A program made the position numbers and the translations under genes. DNA of 57,867 nt, taken from NCBI GenBank assembly GCA_005789205.1, contig SXYM01000011.1, positions 1 through 57,867 of the forward strand. The letters run 5' to 3'. This document shows, piece after piece, positions 1 through 8,804 of this stretch. The notes below the pieces were generated by a model, which was not told the DNA's origin, searched no databases, and was given only the letters and a program-made list of their open reading frames with translations. This stretch comes from Actinomycetota bacterium (GTDB lineage Bacteria; Actinomycetota; Actinomycetes; Nanopelagicales; Nanopelagicaceae). The first letter of the stretch is position 1, and every line of letters begins with the position of its first letter.

Positions 1-872
1 ACAGCCCTTGAAGAGATTAAATTATAAATAATCTTAGCTCCAGGATTTTTCTTTAGCTCGCGCTGTGCAATCAATGATGTTAAATCGGACGGATTAATTG
101 AATTGGCTTTCTCATCAACTAAAAAGCATCGATCAGCATCGCCATCAAAGGCTAAACCCAAATCTGCTCCATGTTCCAGAACTGCCTGTTGAAGATCTCT
201 CAAATTTTCTTCATCTATAGGATTTGCCTCATGATTAGGAAAAGTTCCATCAAGTTCAAAGTACATCGGGATTAATTCACAGTTTAGCCGTGCAAATATG
301 GCAGGAGCCGTGTGTCCAGCCATACCATTTCCTGCGTCCACAACGATTTTAAGCCGGCGAATATTGGATAGATCTACAAGGCTTAAAAGGTGATCTACAT
401 ACTCTTCAAGCATATTCCGTTGTGTTTCAACCCCAACTGATCGAAGCTCAAGTGGAGAACCTCTTCGAACAAAGTTTTCGATTGTTAGTAACCCAGTTTC
501 CTTACCAATTGGGCGAGCCTGACTTAAGCAGAGTTTTATACCGTTGTATTCAGCAGGATTATGGCTTGCGGTGAACATCGCACCCGGTAAATTAAGTTTG
601 CCCGAAGCAAAATACAACATATCTGTTGACGCTAAACCAATTCGAATGACATCCATCCCTAAGGAAGTAACTCCAGCAGAAAATGCATCTGCCAGAGGAA
701 TTGAGGATGGTCGCATATCTTCACCAATCACAACTGTTCCTGGTTCACGTTGCTGTTGTAGGAAGTGTGCAAAGGCAACGCCTGTAGCAAAAGTGAAGTC
801 AGGAGTTATCTCTTCATCAACGAGTCCTCTAATGTCATAGGCTTTAAAAATATTTGCTATCTCTTGCGACAT
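1..872 (-). CDS. manB: phosphomannomutase/phosphoglucomutase (5' part; runs off the window start)
   Basis: Not in the ORF track. Manual reverse translation from ATG at 872 gives MSQEIANIFKAYDIRG, the phosphoserine motif MFTASHNP and the metal loop AFDGDADRC. Confidence 0.93.
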   Translation of the reverse strand, partial: MSQEIANIFKAYDIRGLVDEEITPDFTFATGVAFAHFLQQQREPGTVVIGEDMRPSSIPLADAFSAGVTSLGMDVIRIGLASTDMLYFASGKLNLPGAMFTASHNPAEYNGIKLCLSQARPIGKETGLLTIENFVRRGSPLELRSVGVETQRNMLEEYVDHLLSLVDLSNIRRLKIVVDAGNGMAGHTAPAIFARLNCELIPMYFELDGTFPNHEANPIDEENLRDLQQAVLEHGADLGLAFDGDADRCFLVDEKANSINPSDLTSLIAQRELKKNPGAKIIYNLISSRA

Positions 873-882
873 TCATCAATCC

Positions 883-1254
883 TTAAGATGGAACGGCTCG
901 TAAATGACCTCGACGTCCGATGGAAGCATGTGAATTATCTTCACTTGATTCTGTAGGAGTTTCTTCAGTGCGCTTTGCAACTTCACGCACTGCATCTGCA
1001 ATAGCCATCAAGTCATCATCTGAAGGACCTGGTTCATTTCCTGTCAACTCTTGTTTAATCACATTCCAGCCATGTGGAACCTTCAGACGCTCTCCATGAG
1101 TTGCGCAGAGATCATAAGCATGTGGTTCTGAATACGTAGCGAGTGGTCCGACTACAGCAGTTGATTCAGCATAGATATATGTAAGAGTCATTGTTGCAAT
1201 AGAACGGCAACCCACGCGAGAGCAAGCGCGTCCGACCTGTGCTGGTGACTTCAT
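883..1254 (-). CDS. DUF3499 family small Cys/His protein
   Basis: RxCSRxGC...ATMTLTYIYAESTAVVGPLA...EPHAYDLCxxH...PHGW and a C-terminal RRGHLRAV match this actinobacterial family; usual position next to manB. Confidence 0.85.
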   Translation of the reverse strand: MKSPAQVGRACSRVGCRSIATMTLTYIYAESTAVVGPLATYSEPHAYDLCATHGERLKVPHGWNVIKQELTGNEPGPSDDDLMAIADAVREVAKRTEETPTESSEDNSHASIGRRGHLRAVPS

Positions 1255-1296
1255 GGTTAGAACATTAGTGGCCTGTGTGGCAATTTTTCGGGATTG

Positions 1297-2607
1297 TTAG
1301 GGATTTAGAACGCGAATGTTTGAATTTGGAACTTCCACTCGGGTCAGAGCACTACCGTTCACAATCGGGATAAATCCATAACCATTAGTCGAGGCTATGA
1401 GTGCGCCAGCAAAGACCCCTTTACTGCTGGAAACAATGGTGATTGATCGCGCATTTTCGGGAACGCGCCATGTAACAATATCGCTACCTTTGATTGATGA
1501 GCTAACGGTTTTACCATTTACCAATGTAGCTTTGACTTTCACAGAGATTGATTCTCCAGCAAATGCGATGATCGGTGATAGTCCAGTCACAGCAATACTC
1601 ATTGGTGTTAGGGATGGCGTTGCCGTGCTCCAAACAAAGTCCTTGTGGCGACTGATTGTCACTGAAGAGGAAACTGAAGCGACAATTGGTTCGGGCGATG
1701 TAACTCGAACCGCAAAGGCACTAGCTGAGATTCTAGGCTCAAAAGAAAACTCAGAGACAACTCCTGCTTCAATTGAACGCGAGCTCATGCCAACAGGTAT
1801 GAACTTTCCGTCAGCTGATAAAACTTCTAAGGTAAATGTTGTGTTGACATCTCCGGGTGTAAGGATTCGTAGCGTATGTGAAGCTGAAGCTTTTTGCCCC
1901 GCTTTAGGTAGCTGATTAGGAATAGCTGGGATTACAAGCTCTTTGGATGCATTTGGATAAGAGTTTACAAAATCTCCACCAAGAGCCTTTAATCCAGCAC
2001 CTTGTTCATCAATCATGAATGCGTTTACGCGCCCAGATCTTGGAGTCACTTGGACTGCCAAAGATTTATCTCCTGGTGCCAGTGAGTCAAGTGAGAGTTG
2101 AACATAGCTCTTCGACTTCAAATTCACAGATTTGATTGGCTGTTTCGCATTCTCTGTATAGCTCTGAACATCCACAATAGAGTCGCTCAATCCACTGTTA
2201 ATAAGAATTAATCGTCCTCGGCTTGTGACATTTGCAGTGCCACCTACAAACCATGCTGCAGAGTTAGGACCAGAACACAATGTTCCCCCCGCCCAACTTC
2301 CAGCTCTACTTTGCCAAATAAGTGGAGTGGTTCCAAGGGCTGATATAACTAGGGAATCTTTCGCTACTGGAAAGCGAAGTGCCTTAAAGGGCACAGTCTT
2401 GCTGCTTCGATTTTCCAATCGTTGGTATTGCGTCTTACGTGACGAAATTGAAATCTGTGAAGTTAATCCATTGAGCGTCGGCGGACAAACCACCACAGGG
2501 TAGCTTTCAGAGTAATTACTTGGCTTCGAGACTGTGGTTACCCCTGATGCAATCACGAAAGATGCAATGAGTGCAGATAAGAAAAGAAAAGGCTTTTCGA
2601 ATTTCAT
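1297..2607 (-). CDS. DUF5719-type secreted or membrane-anchored protein
   Basis: Start set at ATG 2607 (MKFEKP), which overlaps the upstream stop as ATGA. N-terminal hydrophobic helix, VVCP and LCxxP..WFVGG motifs; conserved position after the large GT2 gene. Confidence 0.75.
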   Translation of the reverse strand: MKFEKPFLFLSALIASFVIASGVTTVSKPSNYSESYPVVVCPPTLNGLTSQISISSRKTQYQRLENRSSKTVPFKALRFPVAKDSLVISALGTTPLIWQSRAGSWAGGTLCSGPNSAAWFVGGTANVTSRGRLILINSGLSDSIVDVQSYTENAKQPIKSVNLKSKSYVQLSLDSLAPGDKSLAVQVTPRSGRVNAFMIDEQGAGLKALGGDFVNSYPNASKELVIPAIPNQLPKAGQKASASHTLRILTPGDVNTTFTLEVLSADGKFIPVGMSSRSIEAGVVSEFSFEPRISASAFAVRVTSPEPIVASVSSSVTISRHKDFVWSTATPSLTPMSIAVTGLSPIIAFAGESISVKVKATLVNGKTVSSSIKGSDIVTWRVPENARSITIVSSSKGVFAGALIASTNGYGFIPIVNGSALTRVEVPNSNIRVLNP

Positions 2608-5600
2608 GCCAACTCCTTCTCTGAAATTTCTCGTTTTCTTCGACCAGCTGGTGCAGCCAAGATAATTGCCAAAGTCCATGCGATTAGCTGAAGTGATAGC
2701 CACGCTCTCCTTATCGTTCCATCGTGAAGCAAGGATATTTCGCCAGCTTCCTTTACCTGGAACTGTGGTAACGACTGTTCATCTTTAGCGCGATCTAATC
2801 GATATCCATTTTGCAAGATTTGCCATGATCGATCAAAAGTTTCTGTCAACGTAATTGAGCCTGGACCGTTAACGGTGGTGCGAGCTCCAACTTCGCCAGC
2901 TTCTAAAACCGAACGTGTTCCATCTTTTGCAGTGAAAATAATTCTTCCTGTAACTCCAGTGACTCTCCAAACAACACCAGCCGAAGTCGCTGATGTGCGT
3001 GCAAATCCACCAAGACCATCAATGGTGCGAATAACATTGCGACTAAATGGATTTTTAACAAATATATACTTGATTCCATAGGCAGAAAAAACTTGGCTAC
3101 TGCCAATTCCAGAGCCATCAATGAGTTCTTGAGCTGCTAGCTCAATTGCTCGTACTTGCCCAGGTGCCACATCAGGTTCACCAAGTGAAATATCATCACC
3201 CCGTGAAATGTAGTATTGAATTGATTTTGAGTTCTCAGCGCCAACTTCACGTAGGACTAAAGTTTTAGTATCAGCTTCAGTAGTAAGAAAAGCTGGCATG
3301 ACTCCCTTCATATTGCTCTGCACAGGTGAATCTGCACCAGCAGTAATAGACCAACCAATGCTAGTGATCGAATAAAGCGCGGTAATAATTAAAAGTAGGC
3401 CTGCCAAAATATGACGATAGTGAATATTGCTGGCAATAAGCACAGTTCGCAAACGGTCCAAAATGACAACACCGGCTGCCACCGATGAAAGAGTTGCTCC
3501 AACTAAGAAAGTTCCAACCCAAGTTCTAGTCCCAGCGCTATTGCCGTGCACTGTGATTGAGATGGATGAGAACAAAACTGCTGCAGACAAAAATGAGATA
3601 CCAACTTGTGCGAATGAGCGCGCATTGGAGGATGAAAAGAGAGCGATAACTAAGAGAAGAAGAATTGGACTGATTACCCACCAAGGAAGAGAACCAGCGC
3701 CTCCAGGATTACCTGAGAGAACTAGTGCGGTAGGACCGCCTGCAAGATTTAAACCTGGTTCAGCAAGAAAGCGTGCAGGGCGAATGAGTGCTTCAAATGA
3801 ATATGGAGCCACCAAAACAAATGGGAATATCAGCAAGGTTAAACGCTTATAAAGTCTTGCCAGAAATAATGACTTCTCCAATTTCTCGTTGTGGTCACTC
3901 AAAATTGCAAATCCAATAACTCCTAAGCTCACAAGAGTTGTTATTAAAGTAAATGAAGTTAAGACAGCTAGCAAAATAGTTAATGCATAGATGCGACGCC
4001 AGTTGCTGGTCTCTACTTGCTTCCAGTTACTAAGGATAATTGGAATTTGCGGTGCAATTATTAATGCCACAAGAGTTGCTAATCGTCCTGAGTTCACTGA
4101 AGCTAGAGCCACAGGTGAGAGGGCATAAAGGAAACTAGCTGGGATTGTTATGAATTGATTATTAGAGAGCTTTCGTAGGAATGTGTGGGCCGACCACATG
4201 ATGAGTAAAGGTGCAGCTAAAAAGAACACTGTTATGAGAAGCGGTGCCTTGCCCAGAAATAAAGTGGAGGCTAATGCAACAACTGCAATCCATGCTGGTG
4301 ATGCATGTGAACTACCCATTCCAACTTGGTGCCACGATTCAAAATAGAAGCCCCAAAGATCCCGGGCTCCACTTGGCGAAGCAGCAAGCGCGCCGCCATT
4401 TAAAGCTCCAAAACGATTTCGAGATTGAATTAGTGTGATTATGGTCAGTAGGAGATATCCAAAAATTGCTGGGTTCTTTAAGACTTTACTAACCTGGAAG
4501 CCTTGAGTTGGTACTAGTAAATCCTCATCCTCGAGTGAGCTTAAAACAGATGGCGAAGAACTCTCTGGAACAGGAAGGATTCTGGCTCTAATGACTTCAG
4601 TAACACGCGCTGCCGACAATCGAATCTGTGACCATCGTGGTGGAATGTAAGAAGAGATGACTCGAGCAGAAACTAACCGCTTTGTTTTTCTGAATTTTCT
4701 TGCTTTAACTATTTCAGCTGGCTTAACTATCAAGGTGGCCACAGCCAAAAGTTCATCTGCTGCATACCCAGGTAGTTTTGCAAGCAAATAACCAATTGAA
4801 CGTGCCATCGCAGATCCGAGTAACTGTATTGATAGCCACGGAATCATCCACCACGATGAGTTAGCTAATAAAACGTATGCTGCATTACGGCGATCTAAAA
4901 GTAATGGCCGGTGTAAGAAGGCGCCGTTAACATCCACACTACGTCGCTCTGATGCTGAAGCCTGAGCATGATGAGCAACGGCAGCTGTCGTTGCGATAAC
5001 TCCATGACCAGCAACTCTTACCCTCCAGCCAAAATCAATATCATCGCGAAACAAAGATAGGTTTGAATCAAAGCCACCTAGTTCTTCAAATATGTCTCGG
5101 CGTAATAGTGCACCTGCAGTGCTAACTGATAAAACATCATGAACACCATCATGTTGACCTTGGTCATATTCATCGGTTTCTAGCCCAGTCCAACGAGCAC
5201 CGTTACCAGCAATACTTATTCCAGCTTCGAGTATGTGAGTGCGATCATGCCAACCAAGAAGTTTTGGACCGACCATCGCAACTTGAGGTCGATCTTCAAT
5301 TGCTTCTAAGAGTTTTTCAAGGGCGGTAGGTGTTGGCGCACAGTCATCATGGATTAACCAAATCCATTCGCTGTTGCCCTCAATGTGTTTTGGCATTTTC
5401 GCAACTGCGAGCGCAACAGCATCACCAAACCCACAATCACGATCTGCAGAAATTAAAGGAATGCGGGCAGCTTTAATGAGTTTTGTAGATGAATCATTAG
5501 ATGCCGTATCAACTGCAACAATTTGATCTGGAGGTCTAGTTTGAGAAGCTAATGCTGCGACAACTGCCGGCAACCAAGTTTCACCGTCGTGTGTAACAAC

Positions 5601-5636
5601 AATTGCGGTGACTAAATGTCTATCGGTTATTGCCAC
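2604..5636 (-). CDS. GT2 glycosyltransferase fused to a large multi-pass membrane and extracellular domain
   Basis: N-terminal GT-A fold (VTAIVVTHDG, VAVDTAS, WLIHDDC, GGFD..DDIDFGWR), then many hydrophobic helices and a C-terminal TM anchor; 1010 aa. Confidence 0.88.
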   Translation of the reverse strand: MAITDRHLVTAIVVTHDGETWLPAVVAALASQTRPPDQIVAVDTASNDSSTKLIKAARIPLISADRDCGFGDAVALAVAKMPKHIEGNSEWIWLIHDDCAPTPTALEKLLEAIEDRPQVAMVGPKLLGWHDRTHILEAGISIAGNGARWTGLETDEYDQGQHDGVHDVLSVSTAGALLRRDIFEELGGFDSNLSLFRDDIDFGWRVRVAGHGVIATTAAVAHHAQASASERRSVDVNGAFLHRPLLLDRRNAAYVLLANSSWWMIPWLSIQLLGSAMARSIGYLLAKLPGYAADELLAVATLIVKPAEIVKARKFRKTKRLVSARVISSYIPPRWSQIRLSAARVTEVIRARILPVPESSSPSVLSSLEDEDLLVPTQGFQVSKVLKNPAIFGYLLLTIITLIQSRNRFGALNGGALAASPSGARDLWGFYFESWHQVGMGSSHASPAWIAVVALASTLFLGKAPLLITVFFLAAPLLIMWSAHTFLRKLSNNQFITIPASFLYALSPVALASVNSGRLATLVALIIAPQIPIILSNWKQVETSNWRRIYALTILLAVLTSFTLITTLVSLGVIGFAILSDHNEKLEKSLFLARLYKRLTLLIFPFVLVAPYSFEALIRPARFLAEPGLNLAGGPTALVLSGNPGGAGSLPWWVISPILLLLVIALFSSSNARSFAQVGISFLSAAVLFSSISITVHGNSAGTRTWVGTFLVGATLSSVAAGVVILDRLRTVLIASNIHYRHILAGLLLIITALYSITSIGWSITAGADSPVQSNMKGVMPAFLTTEADTKTLVLREVGAENSKSIQYYISRGDDISLGEPDVAPGQVRAIELAAQELIDGSGIGSSQVFSAYGIKYIFVKNPFSRNVIRTIDGLGGFARTSATSAGVVWRVTGVTGRIIFTAKDGTRSVLEAGEVGARTTVNGPGSITLTETFDRSWQILQNGYRLDRAKDEQSLPQFQVKEAGEISLLHDGTIRRAWLSLQLIAWTLAIILAAPAGRRKREISEKELA

Positions 5637-5675
5637 AACTAAACCACCATCTCTTAAAGAGTTGGGATTAAAAGC

Positions 5676-5975
5676 TTACGCAGAACGGCGCTTTAAGCGA
5701 CGACGTTCGCGCTCTGATAGTCCGCCCCAAATTCCAAAACGTTCGTCATGTGCAAGTGCATATTCCAAACACTCTGAACGAACATCGCAGGAAAGGCAAA
5801 CACGCTTTGCTTCGCGAGTTGAGCCGCCTTTTTCAGGGAAGAAAGCTTCTGGATCTGTTTGCGCACATAGTGCGCGTTCTTGCCAAGAGAGTTCAATACT
5901 CTCGCCGGTCGCTAGTGTGATTTTTGGGCCAGTCGTGGGGGTTGGGGAGTTCGTGGCTTCAGGTTTAATCGGCAT
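5676..5975 (-). CDS. whiB: WhiB family Fe-S transcription regulator (WhiB/WhiB2 type)
   Basis: WQERALCAQTDPEAFFPEKGGSTREAKRVCLSCDVRSECLEYAL...GIWGG; start moved to ATG 5975, which follows an AAGGAG SD. Confidence 0.95.
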   Translation of the reverse strand: MPIKPEATNSPTPTTGPKITLATGESIELSWQERALCAQTDPEAFFPEKGGSTREAKRVCLSCDVRSECLEYALAHDERFGIWGGLSERERRRLKRRSA

Positions 5976-6037
5976 AGTCGATTCTCCTTGAAAACTTTTG
6001 GTCTCATCCCTCATGGAAAAGACTTACTTAAGAGTGA

Positions 6038-6066
6038 ATTACACGCGTGTAAGTCGAATAAGTCAA
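6038..6066 (-). promoter_or_regulatory. sigmaA-type promoter of whiB (-35 TTGACT, 17 bp spacer, -10 TGTAAT) overlapped by a 14-bp palindrome
   Basis: Minus strand reads TTGACT-tattcgacttacacgcg-TGTAAT; perfect palindrome TTACACGCGTGTAA at 6039-6052. Confidence 0.7.
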
Positions 6067-6105
6067 GCCGAGACAAGGCCTTATTGGAGGTGATTCACGC
6101 TTAAA

Positions 6106-7113
6106 TCAGGCTGGGATTTGAATAATTTCTGTATTTGTCACAAAAGATGCCGATATTTTAGCGAAATCGGCCACTTCTGCCCCAGATGCGATAAATGAAT
6201 TAATAATTGTTGCACCAGCTCCCACGTGAGCCCCAGATTCAATAATTGAACCAGAGATATGTGCATTGGGGCCAACTACCGCCCCACTGGAAATAGAACT
6301 AGAGCCATCAACGTGGGCAGATAGGTCAACCTGCGCGCCCTTCATGATCAAATAATCTTTGCCTGCACTTTCTACCAACCCAGAAGTTAAGGCTGAAGAA
6401 TCTGCTATCCCTGCAACTAAGTCCTGTGATCCCTTAAGTAGTGCTTGTGGTGTGCCGATATCTAGCCAGTAAGAATCATCAATAAAACCAAAAACTTTGC
6501 CATGTCTAGCGACAAGATTTGGGAAAACTTCTCTTTCAACACTAACAACTCGATCCGGCTCGATTAGTTGAATCACTGAAGATTTGAAAACATAGCATCC
6601 AGCGTTAATGGTATTTGTTAGTGGATTTTCCATTTTTTCTAGGAAAGCTGTGACACGACCTTGTGAATCTGTAGGGACACAGCCATAAGCACGAGCATCT
6701 TCAACTGTCGTTAAATGCAAAGTCACATCGACATCATTTGCTTCATGCTCTTGAATTTGAAGTGTTAAGTTGTGTGAACTTAAGACATCTCCGTTAAAGA
6801 CAACAACGGTTTCACCTCCAGGCAATAATTTTGCAGCATTTCTAATGGCACCGCCTGTGCCCAAAGGCTCTTTTTCAACAGCGTAAAGCAGTTTCATGCC
6901 CCATTTAGATCCATCTCCAAAATAGGGGATGAATACTTCAGACAGATATGAAGTCGCAAGAACGACTGTTGTAATTCCTGCTCTTTTTGCCATAGCTAGC
7001 TGATGCTCTGTTACAGGCAAACCAGCAACTGTGAGCATTGGTTTTGGTGTGTTTTTAGTAAGTGGCATGAGACGTGTGCCAAAGCCACCAACTAGAAGGA
7101 TTCCAACTGCCAT
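6106..7113 (-). CDS. manC: NDP-sugar pyrophosphorylase, likely mannose-1-phosphate guanylyltransferase
   Basis: LVGGFGTRLMPLT..PKPM, EPLGTGGAI, FNGDVL, INAGCYVF, YWLDIGTP and a C-terminal hexapeptide-like region; near manB. Confidence 0.85.
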   Translation of the reverse strand: MAVGILLVGGFGTRLMPLTKNTPKPMLTVAGLPVTEHQLAMAKRAGITTVVLATSYLSEVFIPYFGDGSKWGMKLLYAVEKEPLGTGGAIRNAAKLLPGGETVVVFNGDVLSSHNLTLQIQEHEANDVDVTLHLTTVEDARAYGCVPTDSQGRVTAFLEKMENPLTNTINAGCYVFKSSVIQLIEPDRVVSVEREVFPNLVARHGKVFGFIDDSYWLDIGTPQALLKGSQDLVAGIADSSALTSGLVESAGKDYLIMKGAQVDLSAHVDGSSSISSGAVVGPNAHISGSIIESGAHVGAGATIINSFIASGAEVADFAKISASFVTNTEIIQIPA

Positions 7114-7116
7114 CGG

Positions 7117-8181
7117 CTAAGCCTTTAAGCGGTTAACTGCATCTTTTATGGCTGCATCGGTCACAGTCATTGCGATGCGAATGTGGTTCTTACCTTTTTC
7201 ACCATAGAAGCTACCTGGAGTTGCCAGGATTCCGCGCTCTGCTAACCAGTCAACACTTGTCCAAGCATCTTCATCACGTGTGCACCAGATATAGAGACCT
7301 GCGTCGCTAAACTCAATTCTAAATCCACATGCTTCAAGTGCCGGTCTAAGAGCATCACGTCTTGCGTTATATCGTGCACGTTGCTCGGCAACATGTGAAT
7401 CATCACCTAGTGCAACTGTCATTGCTTTTTGTACGGGTAAGGAAACCATCATGCCTGCATGCTTTCGAAGTTCACGAATCTTTGCGATGAGCGAAGAATC
7501 ACCAATCAAAAATGCAGCACGATATCCAGCCATTGATGAGCGCTTAGATAATGAGTGAAGCGCCAGAATATTCTTGTTATCGCCTTGCGTTAAAGCCATG
7601 ATTGAAGTTGGTGTGGCATTGTGCTCAAACTCCAAATAGCACTCATCTGAAATCAGGACTGCATCATTGGCGCGTGACCATGCAATGCACTCCTTGATTT
7701 CTTCAACACTATGAACTCGTCCAGTTGGATTTGATGGTGAGTTCAACCAGGCTAAATCAGCGTTCGGCCAGCTCTGTGCGCTAATTGGAACAGGTACTGA
7801 CTGTGCCTGTGCGATTAATGCTCCAACGTGATATGTCGGATAGGCAATTTCTGGAATGAGAACTTTCTTAGACTCTAAAATTGTAGGTAACCATGCAACT
7901 AACTCTTTCGAACCAATGACAGGTAAAACATCAAAGTCACCCTTGGCACCTAAACGAGATTTAGCCCAAGAGGTTATCGCAGCACGTAGTTCAGGCGTGC
8001 CAGCAGTTACTGGGTAACTAGGTGAGTTAGAGGCATCGCGTAAGGCTGTTTGAATAAATTCAGGTGTGGGATCTACAGGAGTTCCAACAGAGAGATCAAT
8101 AATCCCACCGGGGTGAGCACGGGCCTTATCCCCATAGGGGGCAAGAGCGTCCCAGGGGAAATCTGGGAGTGAAGAGCGCAA
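7117..8181 (-). CDS. dapC: succinyldiaminopimelate transaminase
   Basis: LPDFPWD, DLSVGTPVDP, NSPSNPTG, SDECY and the PLP Lys motif HSLSKRS; downstream of fdxA as in other actinobacteria. Confidence 0.92.
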   Translation of the reverse strand: MRSSLPDFPWDALAPYGDKARAHPGGIIDLSVGTPVDPTPEFIQTALRDASNSPSYPVTAGTPELRAAITSWAKSRLGAKGDFDVLPVIGSKELVAWLPTILESKKVLIPEIAYPTYHVGALIAQAQSVPVPISAQSWPNADLAWLNSPSNPTGRVHSVEEIKECIAWSRANDAVLISDECYLEFEHNATPTSIMALTQGDNKNILALHSLSKRSSMAGYRAAFLIGDSSLIAKIRELRKHAGMMVSLPVQKAMTVALGDDSHVAEQRARYNARRDALRPALEACGFRIEFSDAGLYIWCTRDEDAWTSVDWLAERGILATPGSFYGEKGKNHIRIAMTVTDAAIKDAVNRLKA

Positions 8182-8187
8182 GAAGAA

Positions 8188-8508
8188 TTACTCGCTCTTT
8201 GGTGGAAGAGCTTTTACTAGTTCGTGGTCGGTGCCAGTTGCTCCGACTTTGCTCGCGCCACCTGGTGAACCGATTTCAAGGAAAAATTCTGTGTTCACTT
8301 TTCCAAATTGCTTCCACTGTGGCGGGACATCATCCTCATAGTAAATAGCCTCAACAGGACACACAGGCTCACACGCACCGCAGTCAACACATTCATCGGC
8401 TTGGATATAGAGCATGCGGTCGCCTTCATAAATGCAGTCCACAGGACATTCAGCGATGCATGATTTATCTTTCACATCGATACATGGTTCGGCGATCACA
8501 TAAGTCAC
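8188..8508 (-). CDS. fdxA: 7Fe ferredoxin
   Basis: MTYVIAEPCIDVKDKSCIAECPVDCIYEG...ECVDCGACEPVCPVEAI; GGAGG SD before GTG. Confidence 0.96.
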   Translation of the reverse strand: MTYVIAEPCIDVKDKSCIAECPVDCIYEGDRMLYIQADECVDCGACEPVCPVEAIYYEDDVPPQWKQFGKVNTEFFLEIGSPGGASKVGATGTDHELVKALPPKSE

Positions 8509-8606
8509 GACTTGCCTCCGTAAGAAATATTAATTACCAGCTATCAGATTGTAATCGTATCGGCTCTCCTGGCGCGATATTTGAAGTTAAGGTTTATCGT
8601 TGAGCC

Positions 8607-8804
8607 ATGAATCAGGGTCTAGAGGCCACATTTAGCTCCCTCATCGGAAAGCGAGTCACCATCCGCTTGCATGATCCCGAGGGTGGATTTCGCGACATAG
8701 TGGGCCATCTGGAGTCCCCCATCACCCTTCGCAATCGACATGGAGAGCTCATCGAATTTTCCTACGACAAGATTGCTCTCTGGAAAGAAGTGGTTGAAAA
8801 ATAG
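8607..8804 (+). CDS. small protein resembling the N-terminal SH3-like domain of actinobacterial Rv0428c-type GNAT acetyltransferases
   Basis: GKRVTIRL...GFRDIVGHL...LRNRHGELIEF pattern; TATCGT -10 element 6 nt before ATG; stop overlaps the cysS start. Confidence 0.6.
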   Translation: MNQGLEATFSSLIGKRVTIRLHDPEGGFRDIVGHLESPITLRNRHGELIEFSYDKIALWKEVVEK

